Below, in pieces: positions 27,669 to 42,979 of a stretch of 64,000 bases of DNA. The notes under the pieces were generated by a model that saw only the letters and a list, made by a program, of their open reading frames with translations, had not been told where the DNA came from and did not search any database. The stretch is from Eledone cirrhosa (taxonomy: Eukaryota): contig OZ024741.1 of assembly GCA_964016885.1 (NCBI GenBank), positions 52,576,001 through 52,640,000 on the forward strand, in the 5' to 3' direction. Numbering within the stretch: the stretch's first letter is position 1; every line of letters starts with the position of its first letter. Both the position numbers and the translations under genes were made by a program.

Positions 27669-28615
27669 CTTCCTCTATTTCTCTCTCTCTGTCTGTCTCT
27701 CTCTTTCTCCTTCTTTCCTCCACGGGAAGAAATCGGCTCTGTTATAACATTGACAGATTGATAAAAAAGATATCAAACCAGTAATGGTGTCGATTATTTC
27801 TCTATATATCTTTTTCACTTCCTCTCTTTTTCTTCTCTTCCTCTCGCTCTCCCTTTCTGGAAGCTGAGACAGCACGTTACTGAAAGGCAAATGGAAGGGA
27901 GGAAGACCTTGGCTTTTGCTGTGGTTGTCGTTCATAGACGGTCATAGCAGAAACAGGAATGGAGAGAATCAACTTATTCTCAGCGCCATGAACAGCAGGG
28001 GCCCACGTAGGAGTTGGAACACTGAGAAACAGTCGAGATATGGTGGGTTTCTTTTTCATATTTTAGTTATGAAGAGTGCCCTGAAATTCTATCAGAGCCT
28101 CCGAGATTGACGCTAAGGACGGATGTATCCTCAAACCTGACCAGAATGCTTTCAACAGAGTGGACTCCACTGAACTTAAAGGCACTTAAAGTTGGTGTAA
28201 AGCAGGTCGGCGGATTAATCTAGCACTCAAAGTAGTGTACAATAACATTTGAATCCCAAACGCAAAGAGCAGGAGCAAAACCTGCAAATAGTCTCCCTCG
28301 ACGCTCTAACAATTCGCCAAATCTGCCACCCTGTACTCGTAGGTTATCTAACGGAACTGAAATAACAACGAGGACGGCAATAACAACAACTCCAACAACG
28401 ATGACAACATAGCAACCATAACAACGACGACGATGACAACATAACAACAACAAGAACAACAACACCGAAGACGATGATATCATAACAAGAACACAACAAG
28501 AACAGTAACAGCAACAGCACCATAGCAATACCACCACCGTTACAAAATCTCCAGACAGCCACCCCTTATCCCATACCATTTCACACAGCACAATGGTGTT
28601 TTCAGTAAGGTCGTC

Positions 28616-28810
28616 AGTTAGGTCGCTCTGGTGCGCTACTGGTAACATACAATCCAGTACATCCTGTTACTCAGTCAGGTCGTCGATGACTTAATCGGCA
28701 TCCCCACTAACCTTGCTTGGTAAGGAGGGTCACTTTTCGACAATCTGCGGGATGAAAAACAAAACCTGTCAAAAGGCGGAGATTCTCAGAAAAGTCAACA
28801 GTCATTCAAT
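28616..28810 (+). mobile_element. Diverged relative of the 5' part of the 600-bp retroposon
   Basis: Shares GCTACTGGTAACAT, CCAGTACA, AAAAACAAAACCTGTCAAA and AGTCAA with 13675-13865. Confidence 0.7.
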
Positions 28811-29376
28811 ACTATGTAAAAAACTAAACCAAACCCGAACAATAAAAAAAAGAGGGTACATAGCTCGTTAGTCTTAGTTTACAGTTTTTCTAAGAGAAAG
28901 GTTACTCTGATTCAAAATCGGGGTATATGGGACTCTTTAGACATACTGCATCACATAGATTAACATCGATGCTATTGTCCATGTTCCCCGACACCCAACA
29001 ATGAGTTAATTTGAATCTAAAGCAAGAACATCAAAATAACCTTTTCGCTCTATCTAAACTACATTAAAATTGCCACCAATTCATCTTAATTTCAATGTCA
29101 TATCTGTTTCGGCTAAATTGACTTCCTTCACATACATACACACAAACATGCATACATTCACACACACACACATACATACATACATACATACATGCATACA
29201 TACATACATACATGCATACATGCATACAAACATACATACACAGATATACGCACACATACTTACACACACACTAGTGCCCGAAACCTTAAGACCTTCTTCC
29301 TGCTATTTCAAGCTTTAACCTAATATATTCCTTCCATATACTGCACTGATTGTGTTGTTATTTTTGTTTACCTTTA

Positions 29377-29486
<110 letters not shown>

Positions 29487-29650
29487 GTATATGCACACAT
29501 ACACACATATATATCTATATATACATACAAACATATACGACATGACTGTTCATCATATATTTGTTGACCATCAGACATGATGTGGTATGAAAAGAAAGAC
29601 TTCAATTATCTGTTTTTAACAGTTTTATTAAATTTATTTTGAAAAAAAAA

Positions 29651-31352
29651 TGATGATATGGTGATAATGGTGATGTGGTGATAATGGTGATGTGGTGATA
29701 ATGGTGATAATGGTGATGTGGTGATAATGGTGATGTGGTGATAATGGTGATGTGGTGATAATGGTGATGTGGTGAAAATGGTGATAATGGTGATGTGGTG
29801 ATAATGGTGATGTGGTGATAATGGTGATGTGGTGATAATGGTGATGTGGTGATAATGGTGATGTGGTGATAATGGTGATAATGGTGATGTGGTGATAATG
29901 GTGATGTGGTGATAATGGTGATGTGGTGATAATGGTGATAATGGTGATGTGGTGATAATGGTGATGTGGTGATAATGGTGATGTGGTGATAATCGTGATA
30001 ATGGTGATGTGGTGATAATGGTGATGTGGTGATAATGGTGATAATGGTGATGTGGTGATAATGGTGATGTGGTGATAATGGTGATAATGGTGATGTGGTG
30101 ATAATGGTGATAATGGTGATGTGGTGATAATGGTGATAATGGTGATGTGGTGATAATGGTGATGTGGTGATATCGTGATAATGGTGATGTGGTGATAATG
30201 ATGATGTGGTGATATCGTGATAATGGTGATGTGGTGATAATGGTGATGTGGTAATGGTGATGTGATAATGGTGATGTGATAATGGTGATGTGGTGATATG
30301 GTGATGTGGTGATAATGGTGATGTGGTGATAATGGTGATGTGGTGATATGGTGATAATGGTGATGTGGTGATATGGTGATAATGGTGATGTGGTGATATG
30401 GTGATAATGGTGATGTGATAATGGTGGTGTGATAATGGTGATGTGGTGATATGGTGATAATGGTGATGTGGTGATAATGGTGATGTGGTGATAATGGTGA
30501 TAATGGTGATGTGATAATGGTGATGTGGTGATATCGTGAAAATGGTGATAATGGTGATGTGGTGATAATGATGATGTGGTGATATGGTGATATGGTGATA
30601 ATGGTGATGTGGTGATAATGGTGATGTGGTGATAATGGTGATGTGGTGATAATGGTGATGTGGTGATAATGGTGATGTGGTGATAATGGTGATAATGATA
30701 ATATGGTGATAATGGTGATGTGGTGATGGTGATGTGGTGGTAATGGTGATGTGGTGATAATGGTGATAATGGTGATAATGGTGATGTGGTGATAATGATG
30801 ATGTGGTGATAATGGTGATGTGGTGATAATGATGATAATGGTGATGTTGTGATAATGATGATAATGGTGATGTGGTGATAATGGTGATGTGGTGATAATG
30901 GTGATGTGGTGATGGTGATGTGGTGATAATAGTGATGTGGTGAGAATGGTGATGTGATAATGGTGATGTGGTGATAATGGTGATGTGGTGATAATGGTGA
31001 TGTGGTGATAATGGTGATGTGATAATGGTGATGTCGTGATAATGGTGATGTGGTGATGGTGATGTGGTGATAATAGTGATGTGGTGATAATGGTGATGTG
31101 ATAATGGTGATGTGGTGATAATGGTGATGTGGTGATAATGATGATGTGGTGATAATGGTGATGATATGTTGATATTGGTGTTCATGGTGATGTGGTGATA
31201 ATGATGATTTGGTGATGATGGTATGGTGATAATGCTGATGATGGGGGTGATAATGATGATGATATGGTGATAATGGTGATGTGGTGATAATGGTGATGAT
31301 ATGGTGATAATGGTGATGTGGTGATAATGATGATGTGGTGATAATGGTGATG
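29651..31352. repeat. Satellite of the 17-mer TGGTGATAATGGTGATG and variants
   Basis: Direct inspection. Confidence 0.96.
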
Positions 31353-31626
31353 GTCATGACATCGACGAAGACGATGATAATTATATTGATGAAAAATGAT
31401 GAAAAAGTTGAAGATAATGAAAGTAAGGAAAAAAAGAAATGTATAATAGAAGTATAAGAAAAGAAGAAAGAGAGTGAGAGAGAGAGGAGAAGGGGAGAAT
31501 GAAGGAAAGAGAGAGAACTTAAGGAGAGAAGGACTGCAGAGAGAGAGATAGAGAGAGAGGAGAGAGATATGAAGAGAGAGATAGAGATATGAGAGAGAGA
31601 GAGCGAGAGCGAGAGAGAGAGAGAGG

Positions 31627-31710
<84 letters not shown>

Positions 31711-31798
31711 GAGAATGCAGGAAAGAGAGAGAACGTAGGGAGAAGAGGACTGGAAAAGAGAAACAGAGATGAAGAGAGAGGGGGGTGGGAGATGACAG

Positions 31799-31847
<49 letters not shown>

Positions 31848-32112
31848 TGTAAAAAAAACAAAACAATGGAAGAAATGTTATTTTCTGCCACCATTTTGGG
31901 TTTTTGTTCTTTTTTTTTTGTTTTTGTTGTTCCGAATGTCACAATGTCTTCACATTTACGATCACTGCTTCCGTAGTTTCCCAAGCATGTATGTATATAT
32001 CTTTGTAAGTCTGTCTGTATAAACAAATGCAAAAACGACGTAAATATATATTTATATGTGTGTGTATAAACATGGAATATATCCACAAACACGCACATAT
32101 ATATATTTATAT

Positions 32113-32521
32113 GGTGGCTGCCAACTCGTTTTCGAGTACGGCCACTACTTTATATCCATGTAGGAGAACCCCTACCGATGCGCTGAACGAGTGTGACTTT
32201 TTAGTCCAGCCAGCGACTTGAAAACTCTGGTACAAACACTACACTTGTGACAATTATTGACACATAGTGCTGGGCCCATGGTACCATGTGACGACAAGTG
32301 CAGAGAGATCTCCAGATATAAAGTAATGCCTGTGCCGTGAAGCTTTTATAGTGAGCAAAGGCACTGCACAAAGCCAGTCCCACTCTCTTAACCAAGATGA
32401 TATTTACCAAAAAGAAGAACAAGTCAACATCATTGGATACCATCAGAGTTGCAGGTGTTATATCAGAGGTTTCCTTCTCCTAGACTTCTGCCTACACAAA
32501 GGCTAAGGGGTCATCTCTCCC
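32113..32521 (-). mobile_element. 5'-truncated copy of the 600-bp retroposon
   Basis: Matches 13870-14277 in reverse; lies between the arms of an inverted repeat (~32020-32085 / 32620-32685). Confidence 0.85.
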
Positions 32522-32550
32522 TTATATACATACATACATACATACATACA

Positions 32551-32586
<36 letters not shown>

Positions 32587-33210
32587 TATATATACATACA
32601 TATATGTGTGTGATTATAGATATATTTCAGAATGTTTATACACACACATATAAATATATATTTACTTCGTTTTTGCATTTGTTTTGCAAGATTTTTTTTA
32701 TGTGGAAACGTGTGTTGAAACAGATATTGTTATACTTAGATAGGGTCATGCTGCCAATTGAGTTTTACTTCAATTTATTATTATAGTTTTACGTCGGTTA
32801 ATTTAATTAGTGAAGTGTCAAAACTCTTTCGTCGCACATTCTGTGACCTTTTCAGTGATTACGTTTGTTACTTTGTGTCTCCTTTTTCCTCTGTTTTACA
32901 CTTCCTTCTCTTTATCTATTGAACTCCGTACCGATCTAATGTGTATGTATATGTATGTCTGTATATTTTCTGTGTGTAACTATATGGATTGTTCTATTGG
33001 GAAGTATGTGTATATAGATACATTGGATTTTGTGTTTAGTCCATATGGAGGTGAGATGCAGAATTATTAATGTTGTATGTATTATTTATGTATCGTATTG
33101 CGTTTAACTGTATCTGGGTGTAGTTTGATGAATACATATATATATATATGCTAAACATCGGTTAGTAGACTATGGCGTTTGTAAGATAAAGGTAATTTAT
33201 GAGTCCGGGC

Positions 33211-33370
<160 letters not shown>

Positions 33371-33521
33371 CATATGTGTGTAAACAAACATATACGTAGC
33401 TGATTTCTCGGACATTTACGAAACGTTGGGAGATAAAGTTATATATAAAGAGTGGTGTGCAGATGAGCGGAAATGCTTTAAAATAGCTTATCATATAGGG
33501 TGAACACCCCTATATACATGC

Positions 33522-33608
<87 letters not shown>

Positions 33609-33869
33609 TATATACAATTTAAACGTCCGTATAGAGCTAGTAACCTATAATAGACTAGAGGAAGTATCGAGTACTCCTTACAGTTGGTAATCAAAAAGTG
33701 GTAGTGAGACAAGTAATAATAATAAAAAGAACGTATAAAATTTATATTAAGATTTCATATATTGAAAGCCAATGGGAGGTAGATTATGCGTAAGAAAAAG
33801 AAAAAGAGAAGAGGAAACAAGGGAAGCTATAAAACAACTACAAGATTCTGTCGAATCTTTTCGTAGCTT

Positions 33870-34151
33870 CTAAGTACTCAAAGATTTGTTAATATTTGGT
33901 AGAACTGTAATCATACATTGAACTTCCAATGTTGGTAGTTTTTTAAAGATTGGTTGCAGACTGAATTGGTTTCTACATTGGAAGAAATAGTGCCAAAGGG
34001 GTTCTGAAGAGTCAGCACAAGAACATAGAGGTGAATCTCTATGACCTGTTCCTGATAGAATGTAGTTCAAAGGTATGAGTCCAGTTCGAAGCAAGCATAG
34101 TCTTTTTTTATTTGCATTACTCAAAGATCGATAAATTTTGATTGTTGTCAA
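33870..34151 (-). pseudogene. C-terminal fragment of a LINE ORF2
   Basis: LRTGLIPLN..DSPLCSC..E..WHYFFQC, a CCHC-type tail. Confidence 0.65.
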
Positions 34152-34196
34152 AGCTGGTTGAGATAGTGGGGGATCTTATCTCTGGATTTTTCCCAA

Positions 34197-34240
<44 letters not shown>

Positions 34241-34366
34241 AAGTTTTATTTAAATTGTTGGGTTACAACGAGTAAATATTTATAACAGATATAAAAGCAC
34301 TCAACAAGTATTTGGAGTATATTTACGATATTAAATAAATGGAAATTATGTTTATAAAACCATATT

Positions 34367-34432
34367 TATTTCATTATATATATTTCAGGGATATCATATT
34401 AAAAATATGTTATGCCTTCTTCAGACAAAATA
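34367..34432 (-). ncRNA. Type-I hammerhead ribozyme
   Basis: TATTTTGT-CTGAAGA-AGGCATAACATATT TTT AATATGATATCCCT-GAAA-TATATA-TA-ATGAAATA. Confidence 0.8.
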
Positions 34433-34506
34433 CAATATAAACAGTCTTATAAATAGATAGATTCGACATACCTTTCAACTTCGACTTGCATTTGAAAAGT
34501 TGATTT

Positions 34507-34582
<76 letters not shown>

Positions 34583-34605
34583 TATATATATATATATATA
34601 TATAA

Positions 34606-34710
<105 letters not shown>

Positions 34711-34914
34711 TATTTATACGTACATACACATATGTATACAGATGTACAGTGGTATGTATATATATATATACATGCACACATATATATATATGTACGTATG
34801 GATTTACCGAACATTTATTATAATGCTCGGTGTGTTTGTAAACAAACATCCCGAATTAAGCCGTACAGTGTCCAGCAACCATCGTTGCTCTTTCGTTCAA
34901 CACTGACAAAGGAA

Positions 34915-34955
34915 CGCTGTACTAGTTTCAAGCTTATTAGCTATCGTCAGCAACG
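34915..34955 (-). ncRNA. Minimal (41-nt) type-I hammerhead ribozyme, intact core
   Basis: CGTTG-CTGACGA-TAGCT AATA AGCTT-GAAA-CTAG-TA-CAGCG; palindromic stem III ACTAGT; GUA site. Confidence 0.8.
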
Positions 34956-34972
34956 TATACCTTCCTGCCAGA

Positions 34973-35075
<103 letters not shown>

Positions 35076-35079
35076 CATA

Positions 35080-35199
<120 letters not shown>

Positions 35200-35232
35200 C
35201 TATATATATATATATATATTATACATGCTGAT

Positions 35233-35346
<114 letters not shown>

Positions 35347-35456
35347 GTATATATATACATATATATATGTATATATATATATGTATATATATATGTATAT
35401 ATATATGTATATATATATATACATATGTACATATATATATATATGTATATATATAT

Positions 35457-35850
35457 AAGTTGTAATAGAATGAAACGAAATTTCATTTCTCACTCTTAAT
35501 ACGGCACTTACTTAAATGTAAGTATGTATGTATACGTACATACATATATGTATACAGACGTACAGTAGCACTCACTATGCAAATTAGGCTGCTCAGCCGT
35601 TAATTTTCATAAGGAAAGTATATACTTTCGAACGTTCAACCATCTGGCAGAAGGGTATACGGTGGTGATGATAGCTAAGAAGCTTGAAACTAGTACATCG
35701 TTCCTGTGTCAGTGTTGAACAAAAAGGTGACGTGGTTGCCTTAACACCGTACGGCATAAATCAGGCTGTCCGTTTGTTTACAAACGCACAAAGCGGGCGT
35801 TATAATAAACGTCCGCTAAACTCATACGTACATATATATATGTGTACCTG

Positions 35851-35916
<66 letters not shown>

Positions 35917-35965
35917 TGCTACTGTAGTCTGTATACATATATGTATGTACGTATACATACATACT

Positions 35966-35967
<2 letters not shown>
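35457..35967. mobile_element. Penelope-like pLTR with inverted partial copy
   Basis: 35507-35570 is inverted at ~35915-35967; homologous to 4967-5430. Confidence 0.65.
35660..35700 (+). ncRNA. Minimal hammerhead, C3G variant (identical to 5301-5341)
   Basis: CGGTG-GTGATGA-TAGCTAAGAAGCTT-GAAA-CTAG-TA-CATCG. Confidence 0.65.
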
Positions 35968-36004
<37 letters not shown>

Positions 36005-36039
36005 GTGTGTGTGTATTATATATATATATATACATACAC

Positions 36040-36085
<46 letters not shown>

Positions 36086-37303
36086 AGTGAAAGAGAGAGA
36101 AGAGAGAGTGAAAGAGAGAGGGGGGGGGAGATAGAGAGGAAAGAAAAGCGATAGAACAACATCATCAACAACAAAAATCAATCCAAAATAGAAGGAAAGG
36201 AAAGGAAAGAAAAGAAAAGAGAAGACGCCGAGATGGAAGTAGGAACGACGTTGATCCTGATCAACTTGCTTGAGAGAATGACATTTTGGTATCTATATTA
36301 TTATCACGTGACCTCGAGACCCCCCCCCCCATCTCCTCTGACTACCTTCTTTGGCGAGAGCAAGCTTTTGCCAAGGTAATTACACGGCAATATGAAATAT
36401 GCTATTAGGGTGGGGCTGGGGCTGATATCAATTGGAAGCTTTGTAATCTCTCCCTCTTATCTCTCTTCCCCCTCTCACTTTTTTTCTTTCCATCAGTGGC
36501 TCACTCTCTTTGACACTCTCTCTTTCTATCACTGACTCTCTTTCTCTTTTGTTACCTCTCTATTACTTTCGCTCTAATTTTACTCTCTCTGTTTCTCCCT
36601 TTGTCGCTTATTATCTTTGTTTCTCTCTCTCTCTCTTCTCTCTCTCTCTTTCCTCTCTCTCTCTTCTCTCTCTCTTCACTCGCTCTCTTCACTCTCTCTC
36701 TTCTCTCTCTCTCTCTTTCACTCTCTCTCTCTCTCTCAATCTTATCTCTCATTCTCTCTCTGCCTCGGTTAATTCTGGCTTCGAACTGCTTGAAACTGCT
36801 GCAGTAACAACAACAACAAGAACAACAACAACAACAGCAACAGCAACAACAGCAACTACGACAACTGCAATATGCAACAACAGCAGAAACAACAACAGAA
36901 ACAACAACAACATCAACAGCAACACAAAACAACCACAATAACATCAACAGTAACAACAACAACAGCATCAGCAACAATAACAAAAACAATTACAAGATCA
37001 GCAAGACCAGGTATAACTAACAACTACAATGGGAAAGCCACTGCCTAGTCATTTGACCAGCTAGAAATAATACCCAATTTACTCCAAATCACACGTCGCT
37101 ACCATAAAATAGGATGGTCGACACATTTGACAGTAGACATACAAAAAGGGAATATACATCTACATGACATTAATTCAATCCTGAGTAAGTGTTTATACAA
37201 ACACTACTGGTCTTCCATAAACAATCTTGTCCGGGCTTGGAGGGGAATTTCCAGGTGTAAATTCCATGGTCATTCGTGACCAAAAGGTGGAAAGGTTCTT
37301 GAC

Positions 37304-37347
<44 letters not shown>

Positions 37348-37789
37348 GAGAACAATCTAGAACGCAGGAGAAAACAGCTTAAGGAATCGGGTTGAGATGA
37401 ATTTAATGTAGATGTAACTACAATATTTCCTTACAAATCACATCGTGAAAATAATCATATATAAGCAAACTTTCGTACACATGTCTCGGACGGTCTGTCT
37501 GTCTGTCTATCTATCAACCAATCAATCAATCAATCTATCTGTCTGTCTATCTATCTATCTATCTGTCTATCTATCTATCTATCTATCTTGATAGAGTAAG
37601 ACACGCTTCACATCGGCTCCGCTATTCCATCGGAATTTACCCTTACTATAGTAAGTACCAGAGAATTTTTTCAGTGCAACATATTTGAAACACTTACCCC
37701 TGTTATTTAGGGAAACATTTTTACATTTACCCCCTTTTTAGGGGGTAAAATAAATATCTATTTTGCTGTAAAATCTCTTTCTTGGCAGC

Positions 37790-39563
37790 ATGGCGGAAAA
37801 GATGGCAGATATGTCTGCCATTAGCTCTGCCACGCCCCCCAAGTCTGAAGAACAAAAAGAAATAGATACAACAAAACTAGACAACGAAACAAACAAGGAA
37901 AATGAAAAAACAAATGTTACGGAAAACGAGCAAACGGAAAACAAACAAACAGAAAATAAGAACACAAATAACAACAAGGCAACTTTTTCCCAGAAAACAA
38001 AACAGTCCATAACATATACACCAATAGACTTAACTGCCGCCAGAGAAAAACTAGTCGAAGCAAAAAAACATATAGTCTTGGGGGAGAACGGAATGTTTTC
38101 CATTAACTCCCCCCCAGAATTCAAGAAAGCGAGAACAGAGAGCACAGTTCTCTTCAGAACAATATTAAACCAAACGAGAAAGCCAGCACAGCCCAGCCAA
38201 ATGGAGATAGAGTTGGTCCTAAAAGACTATATGAAGAATATTCTCTTCATACGAAAGGACCGACTCTATGGCAGCATTTCGGTCTTAACAAAAGACAAGG
38301 AAACGGCGCAGAAGCTTTCCCTAAGCCCACTCTCATCGACAACATACAGCTTCTATCCCTCCTACATGGGTAGAAGAACAGAGAGAGTCAAAGTACAAAC
38401 AATGCTGCCCACAATGGACTTCTGGTGGGCTATTGCTGGCTTCATAGACATGGGCGAGGACACAGTGCTGTCAATGGGGAAGGCATCTGGAGATGCGTTC
38501 CTGGGAATGGGCCTCGACCTACTAGTCCAAATGAGGCCCGAAGGAGTGGCACAAATCCCGGATCGCATCTGGCTGGATGACCTCACCCCAATAGATATAA
38601 TTGTAGAGGGGAGAAGACCAGCATGCTATTTATGCACGAAAAGGGGACACGTTAAGGCTAACTGCCCGAAACGTATCCCCCAAAAAGGACTATTGCCCAC
38701 ACCCACCACAAACAGTACACCAACACCACCTACCTCCAAAAATACACTAATACCACACACAACAAACAAAATACAGACACCACCAACCACAAGCACAACA
38801 CAAACATCACCACCACCATCACCAACCACAAGCACGACACAAACATCACCACCACCACCACAAAACGCATTCCAAACAAATAATAAAAAAAACAGCAACA
38901 AATCTACCCCTCCCGCAAAAAAAAAAACAACCAGACACCACGTCCCTCCCACCTAGCGCTGAAGAGTTTCCCCCAACTTCTGAAGAAGAAGGAGGAGAAG
39001 CCTTCAGACAAGTTAAAAGAAAAAAAAGAAAGCACACACCCAGCACACCACAAATAACCCACACACAAACACCAACTCCAATCAAAAACACCCACCCTCA
39101 ACAAACAAAATTAAATCTGCACCTCCCCTCTCCGAAACATTGACAGCATCACAAAAAAAGACGTTGCAATACACATATATAAATAAAGAAAACAAAAAAC
39201 TGTTTAAATTAATAAACAATAGCCCTTTGGTGCAGACCGAAGGGCCAAACTTTATCTCAACAGAGAACTTCACCCATTTAAAAATGATAAAAGTCCCTCT
39301 GGACCTTTATCGTTCCTTAAAAGAACAATTTAGACAGGACGTGAGCCCCCCCCTGTTTAAAACCGTTAAATCGCGTTCTCTTGAAAGATTTCCCCATAAC
39401 CTCCCCTCTCCCTGACACAACTCCAAATACCCCAACCCCACCACACTCGGGTACCCCCACACCACCACAAAACATCCCTCCACCCAACACACCTGACGCC
39501 ATGGAAATTACACAACCCGGAGAGGTAGGTGCTTTTCTTTCTTCACTTTCAACACCAAAATAG
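37790..39563 (+). pseudogene. ORF1 (gag-like) of copy B, frameshifted after ~38920
   Basis: CYLCTKRGHVKANC zinc knuckle; colinear with ORF1 of copy C. Confidence 0.85.
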
Positions 39564-39568
39564 ATCAA

Positions 39569-42202
39569 TTGAGAGTTGGCTGTTTGAACGCGCGTGGCCT
39601 GGGCTCAGCTTGGAAGCAAGCAAAGCTTCTAAGTGACCTCAGGTCACGAAGTATAGATGTGATGGTTGTTTGCGAGAGTCGGATCAGCAGCGTGCGACAG
39701 CTGGCTCCCGCCTTCGATGACTTTGAGATGCACGCATCTCTCTGTCAACCCGGAGGCGGGGGGGGGGAGTTGCCGTACTGCTGGATAAACGTCTGGCTCT
39801 CGACGTACAGATTGTTCACTCGGACCCGGGGGGTCGATTACTGGTGCTGGACGTCGGACGCGGTGAAGGCGGGGCTTTCAGACTGGTCCGTCTTTATGCC
39901 CCCTTCGGGGCTGAAAGAGCCGACTTCTTCCAGCGCCTGGAGACTTTTCTAGGAACGTCGCGTTCCCTGCTTTTAGTGGGGGACTGGAATGGAATCCGAG
40001 ATGCGCGTTGGGACTATGCAGGGGCATGTCCCGATAGAGGGGGGTGTAGCAGCCTCAAGGGGTTACTCGATCGATTCGACCTGGTCGAGAAGATTTCGAC
40101 TAGATTGTCCAACTGCGCCAACCTGGACCTGGGCAAACTGCAGTGGACAATCTAGATCGTACCTAGATAGGTTTTTGGTTAGGAGTAAGGATAGGGACGT
40201 ATTTAGTTGTCCAGAATTGATCATGGTTGGCTATTCAGATCACAAATTAGTGACCTGCGTGGTCAACCTTGATAGAACGCATAGACAGGGTCCCGGTTAC
40301 TGGAAGATGAACTTGTCCTTGCCGGCAAAGAAAGATTACAGGAACCGGATTAGTAGCTTAGTTAAGATGCGGTTGACGGGAGCGATCGTCAACAGCAGGT
40401 CGTGGGTATCTCTAAAGAGAGAGATTAGAGTAAGTTCGATAGGTTACAGTAAGGAACTAGCGGCGAATAGAAATAGGAAGGAAAGGGAGTTAACAGATAA
40501 ACTAGAAGAGGCGATTAGGAGCGGAGACGTGGCCAGAGTGTTAGCGGCGAGAATGGCGTTGAGCGAGTTCTCTGACGTGAAGCACGAAGGCTGCGTTGTC
40601 CGAAGTAAAATACGTGCTTTAGGAAACGAGGGGACCAAAGCTGTTAGCTGGGCCCGCGTGACAGAAGCCAAGAGTGGGATTAAATCTACCATTCGCTCTT
40701 TGCGAGACCAGGATGGACGGGTGATCCTTGAACCTGAGCGGATGTGCGAGGCCTTTCAAAGGCACTTTGCTCGACTGTTCGGAGGGGGCGGGGGGCCGGA
40801 CGGGGATGTGGACTTCGGTCCATACCTCGACGGTCTACCGCGTCTTTCGAGCGGCGAAGCGGAGTGCTGCGAAAGGCCAATCACAGCCACTGAAATCGGG
40901 GAAGCGCTCAGCCAATGCAGCAGACGCAAATCACCAGGTCTCGGAACTCGGATCGTAGAGAGGCAAACCGATGCCTTCCGATGGCGTCGTCGGACGCTGG
41001 ACGGAAGGACCGGTAAAGCTGCTCGGGTTCTGGTTTGGTCCGGACCTCCAGGTGGAGAAGAACTGGAACGAGGTGACTGCCAAGGTGTTTGCACTCACCC
41101 AGAAGTGGGCCGATTGCAAGCTATCCTTGAAAGGTCGAGAGGAGGTGGCGAACACTTTTATAGCGTCCGCCATCTAATACCACTTGACCGTTGTGCCTTG
41201 TCCAGCCAAAACGCTCATCAAAATGGATCGCGCGCTCTTCCAATTCCTTTGGAAGAAACGGGCTCCTTTGGTGAGAAGATCCATCTGCTGCCAACACCCT
41301 TCAAACGGAGGGCTGGGGTTGCCGTGGCTGACGATGAGCAAACACGCGCTCAGGCTGTGGCACCTCCACGTATTCCTCACCAGACAACAGGTGTGGGCCC
41401 CGTTCGTGAGGCGAGCCTTCCCACGACTCGTCTCGCTGACCGAGCTGCAGACCTGGGTCAAGCAAAGACCGAGGAAAATGGGCGACTGGCATATCGAATG
41501 TGCTCAGACGCTCACAGTCCTCTGGCAAACGGACCTGGCGATCAATGGAGACTCCACTTCGACATTCTATAGAGGGTTGGTCCGCAGCAAGTGCGACGAC
41601 ACGCTCGAAGAAACTCTAGGCATATAGGAAGATGAACTGGCCAGTCTGTTCGGTAGGACCTTCCGCCCGGGACCGATGTACAACTTCCAAAAGTCCCGGC
41701 CTGGCAGTGCTACCGAGGAGCTCTACCAGTTCGAGACAAGCTCTACAGACATGGGCGCCCGGGCAGAGACCCTGCAAAAAAGATCTGTCCGAGGTGCGTG
41801 CGAGACGAAGAAACCGTCGCGCACGCATTCATACACTGCCCGGGCGTCATCGACCTGTGGGGCTATGTAGAACGACTACTGTCGCGGGTGGGACCAATCC
41901 GGTTGACCACCGAGTCCATTGTCATGATCAAACCGCCACCCTCCTTAAAAAACGAAGGAGAGGCGGTTTTCCTTCGTGTGATAGCTATGGCGAAAGAGGT
42001 TGTATGGTGGACAAGGTTGAAAGGGCTGAGGTCAGACACCTTTTTCTCCGGCCAACAACTGATTCTTTTTTTCAAATACCACTTTGGAAGAAGAATCAGG
42101 ATGGAGAGAGAGGTGCTGTACCCCAGCAAGTTTTATGAAAGGTGGGTGAATGTGGCGAGAATGGCCCGAGTGAATGGGCCTTCTCTCTATACAAGCCTGT
42201 AG
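39569..42202 (+). pseudogene. ORF2 of copy B; frameshifts and ~800-bp deletion of the RT core at ~40942
   Basis: GCLNARGL, GDWNG, SYLDR, SDH endonuclease motifs; KSPGL is joined directly to post-YADD sequence. Confidence 0.9.
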
Positions 42203-42446
42203 GTTGAGGAAAAGGAGGAGGAGAGGAAAGGAGTACAAACTCTTCGTACTCCTGGAGATGAGGGTTGCACATTTTTTCGGGGGTATGTGTTACCCATATG
42301 ACTGTCTCCCCTTATTAGGGAAAATCCTCTAATTTTTAAATTGCATTTGTGATAATATTTTACACGTTTTTATTGTATGTAAACTTCCCCCTTTGTATTT
42401 GTCCCCTTCTTTTGTGCCCCTGTGGCTAATAAAGAAACATATCTAC

Positions 42447-42506
<60 letters not shown>

Positions 42507-42521
42507 ATATCTATCTATCTG

Positions 42522-42562
<41 letters not shown>

Positions 42563-42979
42563 AGAAGGAGATTAATCTAGCTGTCGTCTGTTCTACAGTG
42601 TGGATGTAATTCACTTCGCACAGAAGTTTTGTTCAAAGTTATTGAGGAAATTTTGTGAGTTCAAACTTAATTTTGATACAATTGTGTAGCTTGACCCCCC
42701 GTCTGAATTGTCAGGCGGTGGGTCAGCTCATCTTTACCCCTCCTAGAGGTGAAAAACCTGTTTTAAAAAACTTTGTGGCAAAAAAATTTCAATCGTCTAA
42801 CAGAAATGTTAAACGCAGCGAACGAAAATAGTGGTGGGGGACAGCGGTAAGAGTTGTAAGCTCGCACGCTTTAGTCCCCCCCTTCCTTCCCAACTAACGT
42901 CATAGAGAAGGAAGGAAAAATTAAAATAAAAACAGACGAATCTGCGGAGAAAAAAAATGACGAAAACACAAATCTGGAC

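Larger units (their letters stand above)
37589..42440 (+). mobile_element. Tx1-clade retrotransposon copy B (5'UTR-ORF1-ORF2-3'UTR, degenerate)
   Basis: Bounded by (ATCT)n at 37495-37588 and 42441-42562; ends TGTGGCTAATAAAGAAACAT. Confidence 0.92.

Noticed and set aside
29602-32098. His-rich (PHHHYHHIT)n ORFs
   Set aside because: A 17-mer satellite that is open in multiple frames and runs into (CT)n; no unique coding sequence.
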